From: Candidatus Saccharimonadota bacterium
GTDB lineage: Bacteria > Patescibacteriota > Gracilibacteria > UBA4473
DNA length: 32,000 nucleotides
Direction: 5' to 3'
Assembly (NCBI GenBank): GCA_030429505.1
Contig: JAUIFI010000001.1
Coordinates: 570,001 to 602,000, forward strand
Below the pieces are notes generated by a model, which was not told the DNA's origin, made no database searches, and saw nothing but the letters and a program-made list of their open reading frames with translations. Made by a program: the position numbers and the translations under genes. Below, piece after piece: positions 8,345-18,100 of the stretch; the first letter of the stretch is position 1, and each line of letters opens with the position of its first letter.

Positions 8345-9034
8345 TCACAACCACTGATCTTTTTTGCTCAAAGCATCTGCCGCTGCCTGAACTTGAGCTT
8401 CTTTTTTAGATCGACCAGTCCCCTTCCCGACTTTTTTTTCATCAATATACGCCGCCATAACAAACGTTTTATCATGATCCAAACCAGATTCTGAAACCAC
8501 TTGATAATGAGGAGTAACTCCCAAATCCCCTTGGACCAGCTCCTGAAACTCAGATTTAGCATCAATATGCTCATTCCGATCCATAATATCCTGCAGATCA
8601 CATAAAACAAACTGAGTAATAAAAACTCGAGCCTTCTCAAATCCCTGATCTAGATAAATAGCTCCAATAAAAGCTTCTAAAACATTCGCCAACAAATACT
8701 CTTTCTCCGCTCCTCCAGATTTAGCTTCTCCCCTAGATAAAATCAAAAAATCTCCTAATCTCAAACGACGAGCCACCTGTGCCAAATGCTCTCCCTTCAC
8801 CAAAGCTGAACGAAGATTCGTAAGCTCCCCTTCTGGAGAATCAAACTTCTGAAATAAAAACTCTGTAGTAATCAATTCAAGTACAGCATCTCCCAAAAAC
8901 TCAAGTCGTTCATTGTGCTGATTACGAGAAGATTCATTGACAGCTGAACGATGAGTAAAGGCCTCTTGCACCATTCTGCCATCCTGGATAGAAAATCCAA
9001 TCTGTTGCCACAATATCTGAAAATCTTGAGCCAT
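8345..9034 (-). CDS. rnc: Ribonuclease III
   Basis: It has the RNase III signature ERLEFLGDAVLELI and a C-terminal dsRBD (GLDHDKTFVMAAYIDEKKVGKGTGRSKKEAQVQAAADAL). The first ATG is at 9034; the ORF-track TTG is at 9040. Confidence 0.95.
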   Translation of the reverse strand: MAQDFQILWQQIGFSIQDGRMVQEAFTHRSAVNESSRNQHNERLEFLGDAVLELITTEFLFQKFDSPEGELTNLRSALVKGEHLAQVARRLRLGDFLILSRGEAKSGGAEKEYLLANVLEAFIGAIYLDQGFEKARVFITQFVLCDLQDIMDRNEHIDAKSEFQELVQGDLGVTPHYQVVSESGLDHDKTFVMAAYIDEKKVGKGTGRSKKEAQVQAAADALSKKDQWL

Positions 9035-9046
9035 CAACAAAAAATA

Positions 9047-9481
9047 TTATTCATCCTTCTCTCTTTCTTTCCCAATACTTTTACGAAAAGAATCAAGCAC
9101 CCCATTAATAAATCCAGCCGATTTTTCCTCTCCAAATTCTTTAGCAATCTCAATATATTCATTAATAACCACAATAGGAGGAGTATCAAAATACTTAAGT
9201 TCAGTAATCCCCAGTATCAAAAGAGCTCGATTAATAGGAGCTATTTTATCAAACGAAAACTCTGGAGCAAAAGCACGAATAACAAGTCTGACTTTGCCTA
9301 AATTCTCTAAAGCTGATTCAAGTAATGCTTCGGCAAAATCATTTTCAATTTCAGAATCATCTAAATCAGTTAAAACATTCAATAAATCTTTGAAAGAAGG
9401 CTTTGGTTCACGCACCAAATAAGAAAAAAGTATTTTCATAGCCACTACCCTATTCTCATGACGATCTTTTTTATTAGACAT
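9047..9481 (-). CDS. nusB: Transcription antitermination factor NusB
   Basis: 144 aa. It has a NusB-like helical pattern (RHENRVVAMKILFSY...INRALLILGITELKYFDTPPIVVINEYIEIAKEFG...GFINGVLD). Confidence 0.85.
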   Translation of the reverse strand: MSNKKDRHENRVVAMKILFSYLVREPKPSFKDLLNVLTDLDDSEIENDFAEALLESALENLGKVRLVIRAFAPEFSFDKIAPINRALLILGITELKYFDTPPIVVINEYIEIAKEFGEEKSAGFINGVLDSFRKSIGKEREKDE

Positions 9482-9507
9482 ATACGAAAATGAAAGAAAT
9501 CACAATA

Positions 9508-9741
9508 CTAAACCTGAATCTCCTGAATGGGAGTAGATGATTTAACATCAAATACTTTTTTCCCTTTATAGTAACCAGACGGAGAAGCAAAATGCCGAAG
9601 CTTTACCTCTCCAGTAACAGAGCAAGTATCAAGAGCAACTGTATCTTGAAGTTTCTTCCGCTTTTTAGCAACATAAGTTCCATAACGAGAACGAGTAGAG
9701 CTAACAGCTTGTTTCTTAGAAGGCGTTGGTTTTTTAGACAT
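9508..9741 (-). CDS. rpmF: 50S ribosomal protein L32, cysteine-depleted (C-minus) form
   Basis: PSKKQAVSSTRSRYGTY parallels the L32 N-terminal PKRKTSKSRRDKRR block. TGEVKLRHFASPSGYYKGKKV parallels CG..kl.HrvC..CGyYkGr.v with the cysteines replaced. Confidence 0.75.
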   Translation of the reverse strand: MSKKPTPSKKQAVSSTRSRYGTYVAKKRKKLQDTVALDTCSVTGEVKLRHFASPSGYYKGKKVFDVKSSTPIQEIQV

Positions 9742-9750
9742 AAGAGAAAA

Positions 9751-10626
9751 TTAAAGAGTAATTTTTTTAGCTTTCGATAAATAAAGCATAAGTTTATAAA
9801 AGAAAATCAAAACAAGAGGGGTAACCACAAAAAAAGAATAAGCAGAACTTAACACAGAAAATACTACAAGCACTCCATCCCCAACAGAGACAAAACCTTC
9901 ATAAGACAAAGTTTCAGGCAAACTTAAAAGAAATTGTGGAATCATCACAAAAACAGAAAAGCCAAGTACAAAAACGAGAGATCTCCACCAATTCCCCTTA
10001 ATCAAATCAATAGCGGCAACAAGAGTACGAGAACTATCCTTATCAAAATGTATAAGTACCGGCAAAATAAAGAAAATATGCCATCCTCTCCAAATCAATA
10101 AGAAGAAACTTACAGCATATAAAAATGCAAGCGGTTGATACACAGCCGCTAACACAAAAGTAAGCACAAAAGCCAACAATGCCGGCCATACCACATACCA
10201 AAGAGCTTGAAAAAACACAGCTATAGAACGCCAGAAAAAATGCCACGTAGACACAAAATACAAAGAAAAAGAACTATAAGATTTCTTCTTCTCTATATGC
10301 TTAACCGCCAGCCAACCAGCAATTTTCCCGATAGTTGAAACAACAATCACAAAAATCAAAAATAAAACACCAAAAAATAAAGCACCTCCTAAATGCGGCA
10401 TAGTCAACCCAAGTTGAATTTGCATAACAAAACTTTCAAGTTCACGAATACTGCCTTCAAAAATAATAAACCACACCAATCCTGCCAAAAGAGCCGCTCC
10501 AATCACAAGAAGTAGGAGCGTAAAAACATGAATGATTGCAATACGCCACCATGATTGGAGAAAAGAAGCAAATGATGCCTTGAAAAGAGTTTTCCAGTCT
10601 TGGTAGGTAAGAATATTTTTATGCAT
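9751..10626 (-). CDS. Hypothetical polytopic integral membrane protein (at least 6 hydrophobic segments)
   Basis: 291-aa ORF with an ATG start. It is very hydrophobic with regularly spaced helices, and sits between rpmE and rpmF on the same strand with gaps of 9-17 nt. Confidence 0.6.
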   Translation of the reverse strand: MHKNILTYQDWKTLFKASFASFLQSWWRIAIIHVFTLLLLVIGAALLAGLVWFIIFEGSIRELESFVMQIQLGLTMPHLGGALFFGVLFLIFVIVVSTIGKIAGWLAVKHIEKKKSYSSFSLYFVSTWHFFWRSIAVFFQALWYVVWPALLAFVLTFVLAAVYQPLAFLYAVSFFLLIWRGWHIFFILPVLIHFDKDSSRTLVAAIDLIKGNWWRSLVFVLGFSVFVMIPQFLLSLPETLSYEGFVSVGDGVLVVFSVLSSAYSFFVVTPLVLIFFYKLMLYLSKAKKITL

Positions 10627-10643
10627 AAGAGAGAAGTATAAAA

Positions 10644-10898
10644 TTAAGTAGTCTTTTGAACCTTACTCATTCTTTTCTCAAATTTCTCTACCTGACCAGA
10701 TGTATCTACAAATTTCTGCTTTCCGGTAAAAAACGGATGAGAAGCAGACGAAATATCTAAACGAATAACATAATGATCAACGCCATTTACTTTTTCTACT
10801 TCTTTGGAAGTCAAAGTAGACCACATTACAAAATCTTTCTTGGCACTCGAGTCACGAAAAATAACCGGATGAACCTGTGCATGAATATCTTTTCTCAT
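10644..10898 (-). CDS. rpmE: 50S ribosomal protein L31, cysteine-less (type B-like) form
   Basis: [12 protein letters not shown]...[27 protein letters not shown] matches the L31 MKKDIHP...C..CHPFyTGkq...dt.GrvdrF.kR pattern without the CxxC pairs. The ATG is at 10898. Confidence 0.88.
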   Translation of the reverse strand: MRKDIHAQVHPVIFRDSSAKKDFVMWSTLTSKEVEKVNGVDHYVIRLDISSASHPFFTGKQKFVDTSGQVEKFEKRMSKVQKTT

Positions 10899-11122
10899 AA
10901 CAAAAATGAAAAACAAAAAATCCCTGCCATAGTAATATTTATCAAAAGAAAGTCAAACTTTCTCTAGAAGAACTAAAAAACAAGTCGATAAAGGAACGAC
11001 ATGCACTTAAGATAATCATAAGAAATCCACCTCAAAAATCTTTCGCAAACGTTGCAGAGCAAATCAGCAAACAAAAGCTATGAAATACACTTTTCTCGGT
11101 ACCACATATCCCAAAGATTCCT

Positions 11123-12409
11123 TTAATCACTTCTTCCTCGACGACTCAATAGCATCAAAGCAAATCCCACTACTACCAACACCACGAAGACCTCAGGTCC
11201 TGTACTTGGTAAAAGTGGGGCTGAAGCATGAAATCCTCCCTTAGACATACCATCTTCACCTTCATCCACAACTCCTCCTTGTTCAGCATCGCCCTCAATC
11301 ATAGCCGATTCTGAAAATACATTTGGATTTTTTCCTCCCGAAGCATTACGTTCCAGCAGATAATTCAAAAACGCATCGTCTTCCTCTCCAGGATCAGAAA
11401 CAACTGCATCAGAAGCAAATTTAGCCTTCTCCTCTGCCAAAGTCCCTAACAAAGCTGCATTTTGTCGGTCAATACGAATCTTATCATCTCCACTCAAACC
11501 ATCTGAATCAATAAAGCGATCGATCTGTCCACGCGCTTTCGTCAAACGGAAATACCCTGGACGAACATTGAAAATCTTAGACTCAGTATCATCAAGACCT
11601 AGTCCCAAAACACCTCCCCCTTCAAATACTGCCTCCACACAACCAGTCCCAACCTCATTAAGCTCGTAACCCCGATCACACTGAATCGAACATGTTGGAG
11701 GACCTGACACAAAACCATTTTCAATCACTCCATGTAAATTAGGTGGACAATCAGTATAGAACTCCCGCACCAAAGCCACAGAGTTGATAGTAGAAAGCGT
11801 CACTACACACACACCATCATTCACAATACAAGAGTTACTTTCACTAATATTCCACTTAGCATTATCAGACAATTCATTTTCTTTTTGAGCTAACCATAAA
11901 CGAACACCATCACCATCAGTCACTGGAAACACAAACAAAGCTTCCTGTGAAAAGCTCCAAGACTCATTTTTACCTCCCATTTCAAAGGTAACAGACACAT
12001 GTGGTTCACTATTGAGATGATTACCTGGGTTAGAAAAAACTATTTGATCAGTACTCGGAGCTCTCCCTTTCTTAGGAGAAGGAAAAGTCCCATTCCACCA
12101 AGTTTTAATATCTGATTCATTCCAATATCGAGTACTTTTTACTGTTGTTCCACCTAAAACAGTAACCCGCAAATCCCCACCAGTTAAACGATCCCCCACC
12201 GTAACCGTACCATTTCCCTGAACTTCAACACTACTAGTCCCCTGTGTCGAATCCAAGTTAGAGGGTAACTCAGCACCAGGAAAAATAACTGAATCATCGT
12301 AATAGTAATCTTCATCTCCACCTGGAAAAACTTCCTGAGCCTGAACGACCAAAAGTGGTATAAAAAGAAATGTAGCAAAAGCGATAAAAGAAAAACGAAG
12401 CAATCTCAT
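11123..12409 (-). CDS. Secreted surface protein with a signal peptide and a C-terminal LPXTG sortase sorting signal
   Basis: N-terminus MRLLRFSFIAFATFLFIPLLVVQAQE. The C-terminus has LPSTG (nt 11198-11212), the hydrophobic PEVFVVLVVVGFALMLLS and the basic RRGRSD. A central Cys-rich module spans aa 221-257. Confidence 0.8.
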   Translation of the reverse strand: MRLLRFSFIAFATFLFIPLLVVQAQEVFPGGDEDYYYDDSVIFPGAELPSNLDSTQGTSSVEVQGNGTVTVGDRLTGGDLRVTVLGGTTVKSTRYWNESDIKTWWNGTFPSPKKGRAPSTDQIVFSNPGNHLNSEPHVSVTFEMGGKNESWSFSQEALFVFPVTDGDGVRLWLAQKENELSDNAKWNISESNSCIVNDGVCVVTLSTINSVALVREFYTDCPPNLHGVIENGFVSGPPTCSIQCDRGYELNEVGTGCVEAVFEGGGVLGLGLDDTESKIFNVRPGYFRLTKARGQIDRFIDSDGLSGDDKIRIDRQNAALLGTLAEEKAKFASDAVVSDPGEEDDAFLNYLLERNASGGKNPNVFSESAMIEGDAEQGGVVDEGEDGMSKGGFHASAPLLPSTGPEVFVVLVVVGFALMLLSRRGRSD

Positions 12410-12571
12410 CTGAATTATTTCATAAAGAGGGAAACACGTATAATTAAATCAAAAGTAAATGGAGCGTGCAAATTTATTACTCAATTTCTAATTGCAAGAA
12501 AAATATTTCATTGTCTTTTATATTAAGTTTGTGTCATTTGGCACACAGACAAAAAACAGTACCATAAAGAC

Positions 12572-13183
12572 ATGAAAAAATACAGGATAATTCTATCCAT
12601 AAGTATCGCATTTATTGGCAGCTTATCGATAATTCAAGCACAATCCAATCCTAATCGAATCGTATGCAGTCGGACTCAAAATATTCCAAACCTAGCCGAA
12701 ACCTATCCCATTGAGTGCAAAAAAAATAGAAATGCCGAGATCATCGCTGCAGACATCATGAAAACAGAGATTCAGAATTTCCAAGCAGAAATACTTACCC
12801 CTCTCCTCAGATCAAATCAAAACAACAATCTCACCGCCCAAAACATCATCCGAGAAGTAAGAAGACATAAGGCTTGTCTCCAAGAAATCTGTTTCCAATC
12901 CTTCAAACAGTGCAGTACGACCAATCTAGAACTCGTCAATACCTTTGAAGAAGGCAACTGGTGCAATGAAACAATCAATTCTATTGACGAATTAAATCGC
13001 ACCATTATAACCACAATCGACACTAGGAGAAGCGCCAGACTCACCCGATCACTCCTTAGACAAAAATTTGTCAGCATTAGCACTCGATTTGAATCTTACT
13101 TACAACACTGGCTCAACCGCACCGTCATGGATATGCAAACTTTTGTCGACAAAGTCCGTCAATTCCTCGCCATAACCGCCTAA
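12572..13183 (+). CDS. Hypothetical secreted protein (signal peptide, several cysteines)
   Basis: 203 aa. The N-terminus MKKYRIILSISIAFIGSLSIIQAQ is signal-peptide-like. I recognised no family. It is divergent from the LPXTG gene. Confidence 0.55.
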   Translation: MKKYRIILSISIAFIGSLSIIQAQSNPNRIVCSRTQNIPNLAETYPIECKKNRNAEIIAADIMKTEIQNFQAEILTPLLRSNQNNNLTAQNIIREVRRHKACLQEICFQSFKQCSTTNLELVNTFEEGNWCNETINSIDELNRTIITTIDTRRSARLTRSLLRQKFVSISTRFESYLQHWLNRTVMDMQTFVDKVRQFLAITA

Positions 13184-13200
13184 AAACACATAAAAGAACG

Positions 13201-13229
13201 TTGACACAACCCCCTAAAACATCTACCTT
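13201..13229 (+). promoter_or_regulatory. Putative dnaA promoter (TTGACA-17-TACCTT)
   Basis: A perfect -35 lies at 13201-13206 and a T-A-x-x-x-T hexamer at 13224-13229. A short 6-bp hairpin (13242-13258) lies in the predicted 5' UTR. Confidence 0.35.
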
Positions 13230-13277
13230 CGCCCATGCTGAAGCTCTTTTTCAGAGCTCGACAAATCTACATACCAT

Positions 13278-14693
13278 ATGGATAAAAACCAAGTCTGGGA
13301 AGCTGTATTAAAACGACTCAGTGAAAAAATTTCACGTATGGAGTTTCATACCTGGTTTAAAAAAATTCACATCAGCGAGATATCAGGAGGCTCAGTACTC
13401 CTGAACTGCCCAACTGAAATGAATAAAAACTGGTTGGAAAATAAATACTACACCGTCATCCTCTCAAACATAAAAGCTATCCTCCCAGAGATAGAAAAAC
13501 TCTTTTTCAAAGTCGATCTAACTCTCGCCGACAAACCATCGTCCAATCCTCAAATCTTTGAATCAGAAAAAAAATCCCCACGAAAACTCCCCAATCGTCC
13601 AGAAGTACGATTAGCTGATGGACTTGAATCACGTATTATTCATTCCAAATTCACACTCAAGAACTTCATCGTTGGAGACGAAAACCAGCTCGCTCATGCT
13701 GCTTGTACAGCAGTAGCAGAAGCAGGCCTCAAAGAAAAGAAAAAATACAGCCCTCTTTTTATTTATGGCGGAGTGGGATTAGGAAAAACCCACCTCCTTC
13801 AAGGCACTGCTAACGAAATAATACGCCGTCACCCCAATGCCACTATCATTTACACCACTGCAGAAAGATTTATGAATGATATTGTCAAAGCCATTAAAGA
13901 ACGAAAAGGCGACGAATTTCGCAAAAAATATCGCCGCGTCGATGCACTTATCATTGACGACGTGCAATTCTTTGAAGGCAAAGAAAAAACCCAAGAGGAA
14001 CTCTTCAATACCTTCAACGACCTGTATGAGTTTAATAAACAAATCATCTTTTCCGCCGACCGCCCCCCTTCATCCTTAGTTCAAATTTCCGACCGCCTCA
14101 GATCCCGTATGGGTTGGGGATTATCAGTCGACGTACAAATGCCAGGATATGAAACAAGAATTGCCATCGTTCAAGCCAAAATCAAAGAACTCGAACTATT
14201 TCTCCCCGCTGATGTCCAAGAATTCATTGCCGCCAATAGTCGCCGAAACCTCCGAGAACTCGAAAACATCCTCCACAAAATCTCCGCCGAATTAGAACTC
14301 AGTCAAGTATCCCCTACCGTACAATCCGTAGGAAAAATTTTTCGAAAACTCAACCCTGAAGAAGACCTTATCACCGCCAGCGAAACACAAACCGGACTCG
14401 CCAAAAGTCCAGATGATATCATTACTTTAGTGAGCGAATACTTCCAAATCCCCGCCACAGAACTCCTCGGAAGTTCTCGGAAACAAGAAATTGTCTTTCC
14501 TCGCCAAATCGCTTGGCTCTTGTGTAAAGACATCCTTAAAATGAGCTTTGACGCCATCGGACGCGACTTTGGTGGTAAAAACCATACCACCATCATTCAC
14601 GGCATCCGCAAAGTATCATCTCTCTCCCGAAAAGACTCCGCTACCGCTCGACACATCCACGCCCTCAAGAAAGATTTAGGAATCAAAAAATAA
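13278..14693 (+). CDS. dnaA: Chromosomal replication initiator protein DnaA
   Basis: 471 aa. It has Walker A GGVGLGKTHLLQ, Walker B ALIIDDVQF, the sensor/box VII region, and the C-terminal DNA-binding HTH block FPRQIAWLLCKDILKMSFDAIGRDFGGKNHTTIIHGIRKV. Confidence 0.97.
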   Translation: MDKNQVWEAVLKRLSEKISRMEFHTWFKKIHISEISGGSVLLNCPTEMNKNWLENKYYTVILSNIKAILPEIEKLFFKVDLTLADKPSSNPQIFESEKKSPRKLPNRPEVRLADGLESRIIHSKFTLKNFIVGDENQLAHAACTAVAEAGLKEKKKYSPLFIYGGVGLGKTHLLQGTANEIIRRHPNATIIYTTAERFMNDIVKAIKERKGDEFRKKYRRVDALIIDDVQFFEGKEKTQEELFNTFNDLYEFNKQIIFSADRPPSSLVQISDRLRSRMGWGLSVDVQMPGYETRIAIVQAKIKELELFLPADVQEFIAANSRRNLRELENILHKISAELELSQVSPTVQSVGKIFRKLNPEEDLITASETQTGLAKSPDDIITLVSEYFQIPATELLGSSRKQEIVFPRQIAWLLCKDILKMSFDAIGRDFGGKNHTTIIHGIRKVSSLSRKDSATARHIHALKKDLGIKK

Positions 14694-14786
14694 AATCACA
14701 TAAAACATATTTGACTTACACAAGATAATATTTAATTTTAAAAATAAGACAGGAAACATTTTTTTCACATAGCAGGAAAATTCCAA

Positions 14787-15037
14787 ATGCAAGACATTAA
14801 ACTTGAAATTACATGGCTTATATTTGATGGAGATGAGTACCTTGGAGAAGGCACAAGTACAACGACAAAGATGAATTAATTGAAAGCCTTCTTGGATTAG
14901 TAAACGAACAAAACGGAAAAAGAGTAGAAGCAAAACGGCGAGGAGCAAGGTCAAACACCAAAATACAACCACCTCGAGTGGAAAGAGGGTTTGGAAAAGA
15001 CACGTACCTCTCTATAAAAGACTACAAAATCCTGTAA
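14787..15037 (+). pseudogene. Frame-disrupted small ORF remnant (30 codons in one frame; a 59-codon open stretch in the -1 frame overlapping its end, with no start codon)
   Basis: The ATG at 14787 gives MQDIKLEITWLIFDGDEYLGEGTSTTTKMN*. The -1 frame continues as ...KDELIESLLGLVNEQNGKRVEAKRRGARSNTKIQPPRVERGFGKDTYLSIKDYKIL* (stop 15035-15037) with no ATG, GTG or TTG. The purine-rich sense-strand composition is typical of coding DNA here. Confidence 0.35.
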
Positions 15038-15139
15038 ACATATCTCATAAATTGATCAAAAAAAGTATACAAAAAATAAGGGATTCTGCATCTCCTTGTC
15101 CACTAATTCACCCGTTTTTCAATACTTAATTCGTAAAAA

Positions 15140-18100
15140 TCAATCTTTAACGTTTTTTATTTTTCGTCCATCCCCCCGTTTACTCGACTTCTTCTTTATT
15201 CGCAATAACTTCACATCACTCACCAAATCATCATACCAGTTAACTGGCAATTTCGGTACCGCCAATTTCAAGGCATTCGCCGTAATCACCCATTTGTTTT
15301 TCGAATGCTGTACCAAACCAAAAATCTGATCCGGAGTAAATTTTTCTCCCATACGCAATACAATCTCCATTGACCGATGAGACGACCGATTTATCCGCAC
15401 ACCTTCAATATTGACTTCACGAAGCAGTAACTTCAAAGCAATCACCTTACACAAATTTTCAACCTCCACCGGCAAAGCTCCATAATCCTCTCTCAAATCC
15501 TTTCTCAAATCATCCAGCTGCTCCTTAGATTGTACTGACGCCAACTCCTTATATACCTGAATTTTTTCCTGTGTTTGAGGAATAAAGCGAGCCGGAATAT
15601 AAGCAGATAAAGGAATTTCTACTGTAATTGCCTTCTCTTCTTCAATATCCATACTCACCTCTCCAGACTTCATTTCCTCAATTGTCTTCTGAAGCATTCT
15701 CATAAAATGACTCACCCCCACCGACTTTAACGTTCCAGATTGACCCACTCCCAAGATATCTCCTGCTCCACGAATCTCTAAATCACGCATCGCAATTTGA
15801 AAACCAGATCCTAGCTCCGAAGCTTCTACAATAGCTCGTAACCGCTTCTTTGCTTCTAGTTCCAATTTCTGCCCATGATACAAAAAATACGCATACGCCT
15901 GTAAGCGTCGTCGCCCCACCCGCCCCCTCAACTGATACAACTGTGACAACCCGAATTTCTCAGCAAAATTGACCAACAACGTATTCGCATTCGGCAAATC
16001 AATCCCGTTTTCAATAATTGTTGACGCCACCAACACATCATACTCAGCTTCCTTAAAAGCCCGAATTCTTTTCTCAAGCTCCAGTGGAGCTAACTGTCCA
16101 TGAGCCACTAAGAATTTAGCCTCCGGAATCAAAGCTCTTAATTGCGCTGCTTGCGCCTCAATCGTCTCCACTCGATTATGAAGAAAATATACCTGCCCTC
16201 CTCGCTTCAACTCCAACAAAATCCTGTCACGAATAAGATTCAAATTATACTTCCTCACTTCCGTCACCACCGGCAACCTCCCTGGAGGAGGCGTCGTAAT
16301 CGTTGAAATATCCTTGAGTTTATTCAAACCCATATTTAATGTCCGAGGAATCGGAGTAGCCGTCATCGTCAAAATATCGACAGACGCTCTCAATTTTTTC
16401 AACTTCTCCTTCTGCTTCACTCCAAACCGCTGTTCCTCATCGATAACAATCAACCCTAGCTTCTGAAACTTAATATCATCAGATAATACCCTATGAGTAC
16501 CAATAACAATATCCACCAATCCATGCTCAATATCAGACAAAATTTGTTTTTGATCCTTCGCCGTTTGAAACCGAGATAAAAGCGCCACTCGAACTCCATA
16601 ATTTTTCCCCACAATCCGTTTCATGAAATTCTGATAATGTTGCTCCGCCAAAATAGTAATCGGCGCTAAAATCACCGCCTGCATCCCAGAGCGAAAGCAC
16701 TTAAAAGCCGATCGCATGGCAATTTCAGTTTTCCCAAAACCGACATCCCCACACACCAATCGATCCATCGGACGAGGGTTTTCCAAGTCTTGCTTCACAT
16801 CACTCCATGTCTGTGCTTGACCAGGTGTCAATTCATACGGGAATCCATCACAAAAATCCTTCAACATCTCATCATCAGAAGCAAATTTTTTTCCTTTAGA
16901 TAAAGATCTCTTGGCATAGAGAGCTAAAAGTTCTTTCGCAATTTTTTCAGCTTCCGCCTTCAATTTCCTCTGAGATTGAGTCCACTCACTCGATCCTAGC
17001 TTTGTCAATTTCGGTTCTGTATCTCCAATAAACTTCGTAATCTTTTCTGCTGATTCCACCGGCACAAACAATTTATCTGTCCCCGCATAACACAGCTTGA
17101 GGTACTCCCGTATCCCACCAAAAGCATCTCCCAAGTCTCGACGAACAATACCATCAAACTTCGCCAACCCATGATCACTATGGACCACCAAATTGCCAGG
17201 CTTCAAACTCGTCATCAAATCCAAATTCACGTTCGTAATTGTTTTTTTCTGACGAGACGAACGAGCAAACTTAAAAATCTCTCGATCCGTCAAAAAGAAA
17301 AGTTTTTGATCATTATTCTGAAATGAATGAGGTAAGAAAGACTCTCTTCCAGAACGAATAATCTTCACCGTTGACGGGGTCTTATCTCCTAATTTCTCGG
17401 TAAACATCACTTCATTATCACGAAAAATACGAGTCACCTCATCAAACTTCTTCGTCATAATTACAATATCAAATTCACGACGCAAACGCTCCTTTATATC
17501 CACAACAAAGTCCGGAATCGTATAAAATGGCAAGACCGAAAAGAAATTCAAGTGAAAAAAGAGTTCATTATTATCCGGAAACGTCGTAAACAAAATCGTT
17601 GAAAAATCTCCTCGAGGATGCAGAGCCTGATCTAAATCATCAGAAATAAAAAGAGATTTCTTACACCCATCAATCATATCAAAAAAAGTTCCTTTTCTCT
17701 CCTCGGAAAAACGAACTGGAAAAATCTCCATCACCTTACATTCATGCTCCAGAGAAGATCTCGCCGCCCCTTCATCAGATATTTGATCAAACTCATATAT
17801 TCCCTCAATCTGATCACCAAAAAGCTCTATACGAAAACACATCAAAGCATTTTCTGGAAACAAAAACAACGTATCTCCTCGCCGTACAAACTCACCCCTC
17901 TTTAAAATATTTTCTTCTGCCGTCATATACCCCAAAGCCTCAAGCTTTTCAAATAACTCAAAAATACGAAGTTTTTGTCCCTTTTTAAGAGAAATCTTCG
18001 CAGACACAATATCGTCCTCTGTCGGAAAAGACTGTGACATCAACGATTCTAGATCTTCAAACAAAAACAAATACTTCTCCTCTCGCGCCATAAGATCTCG

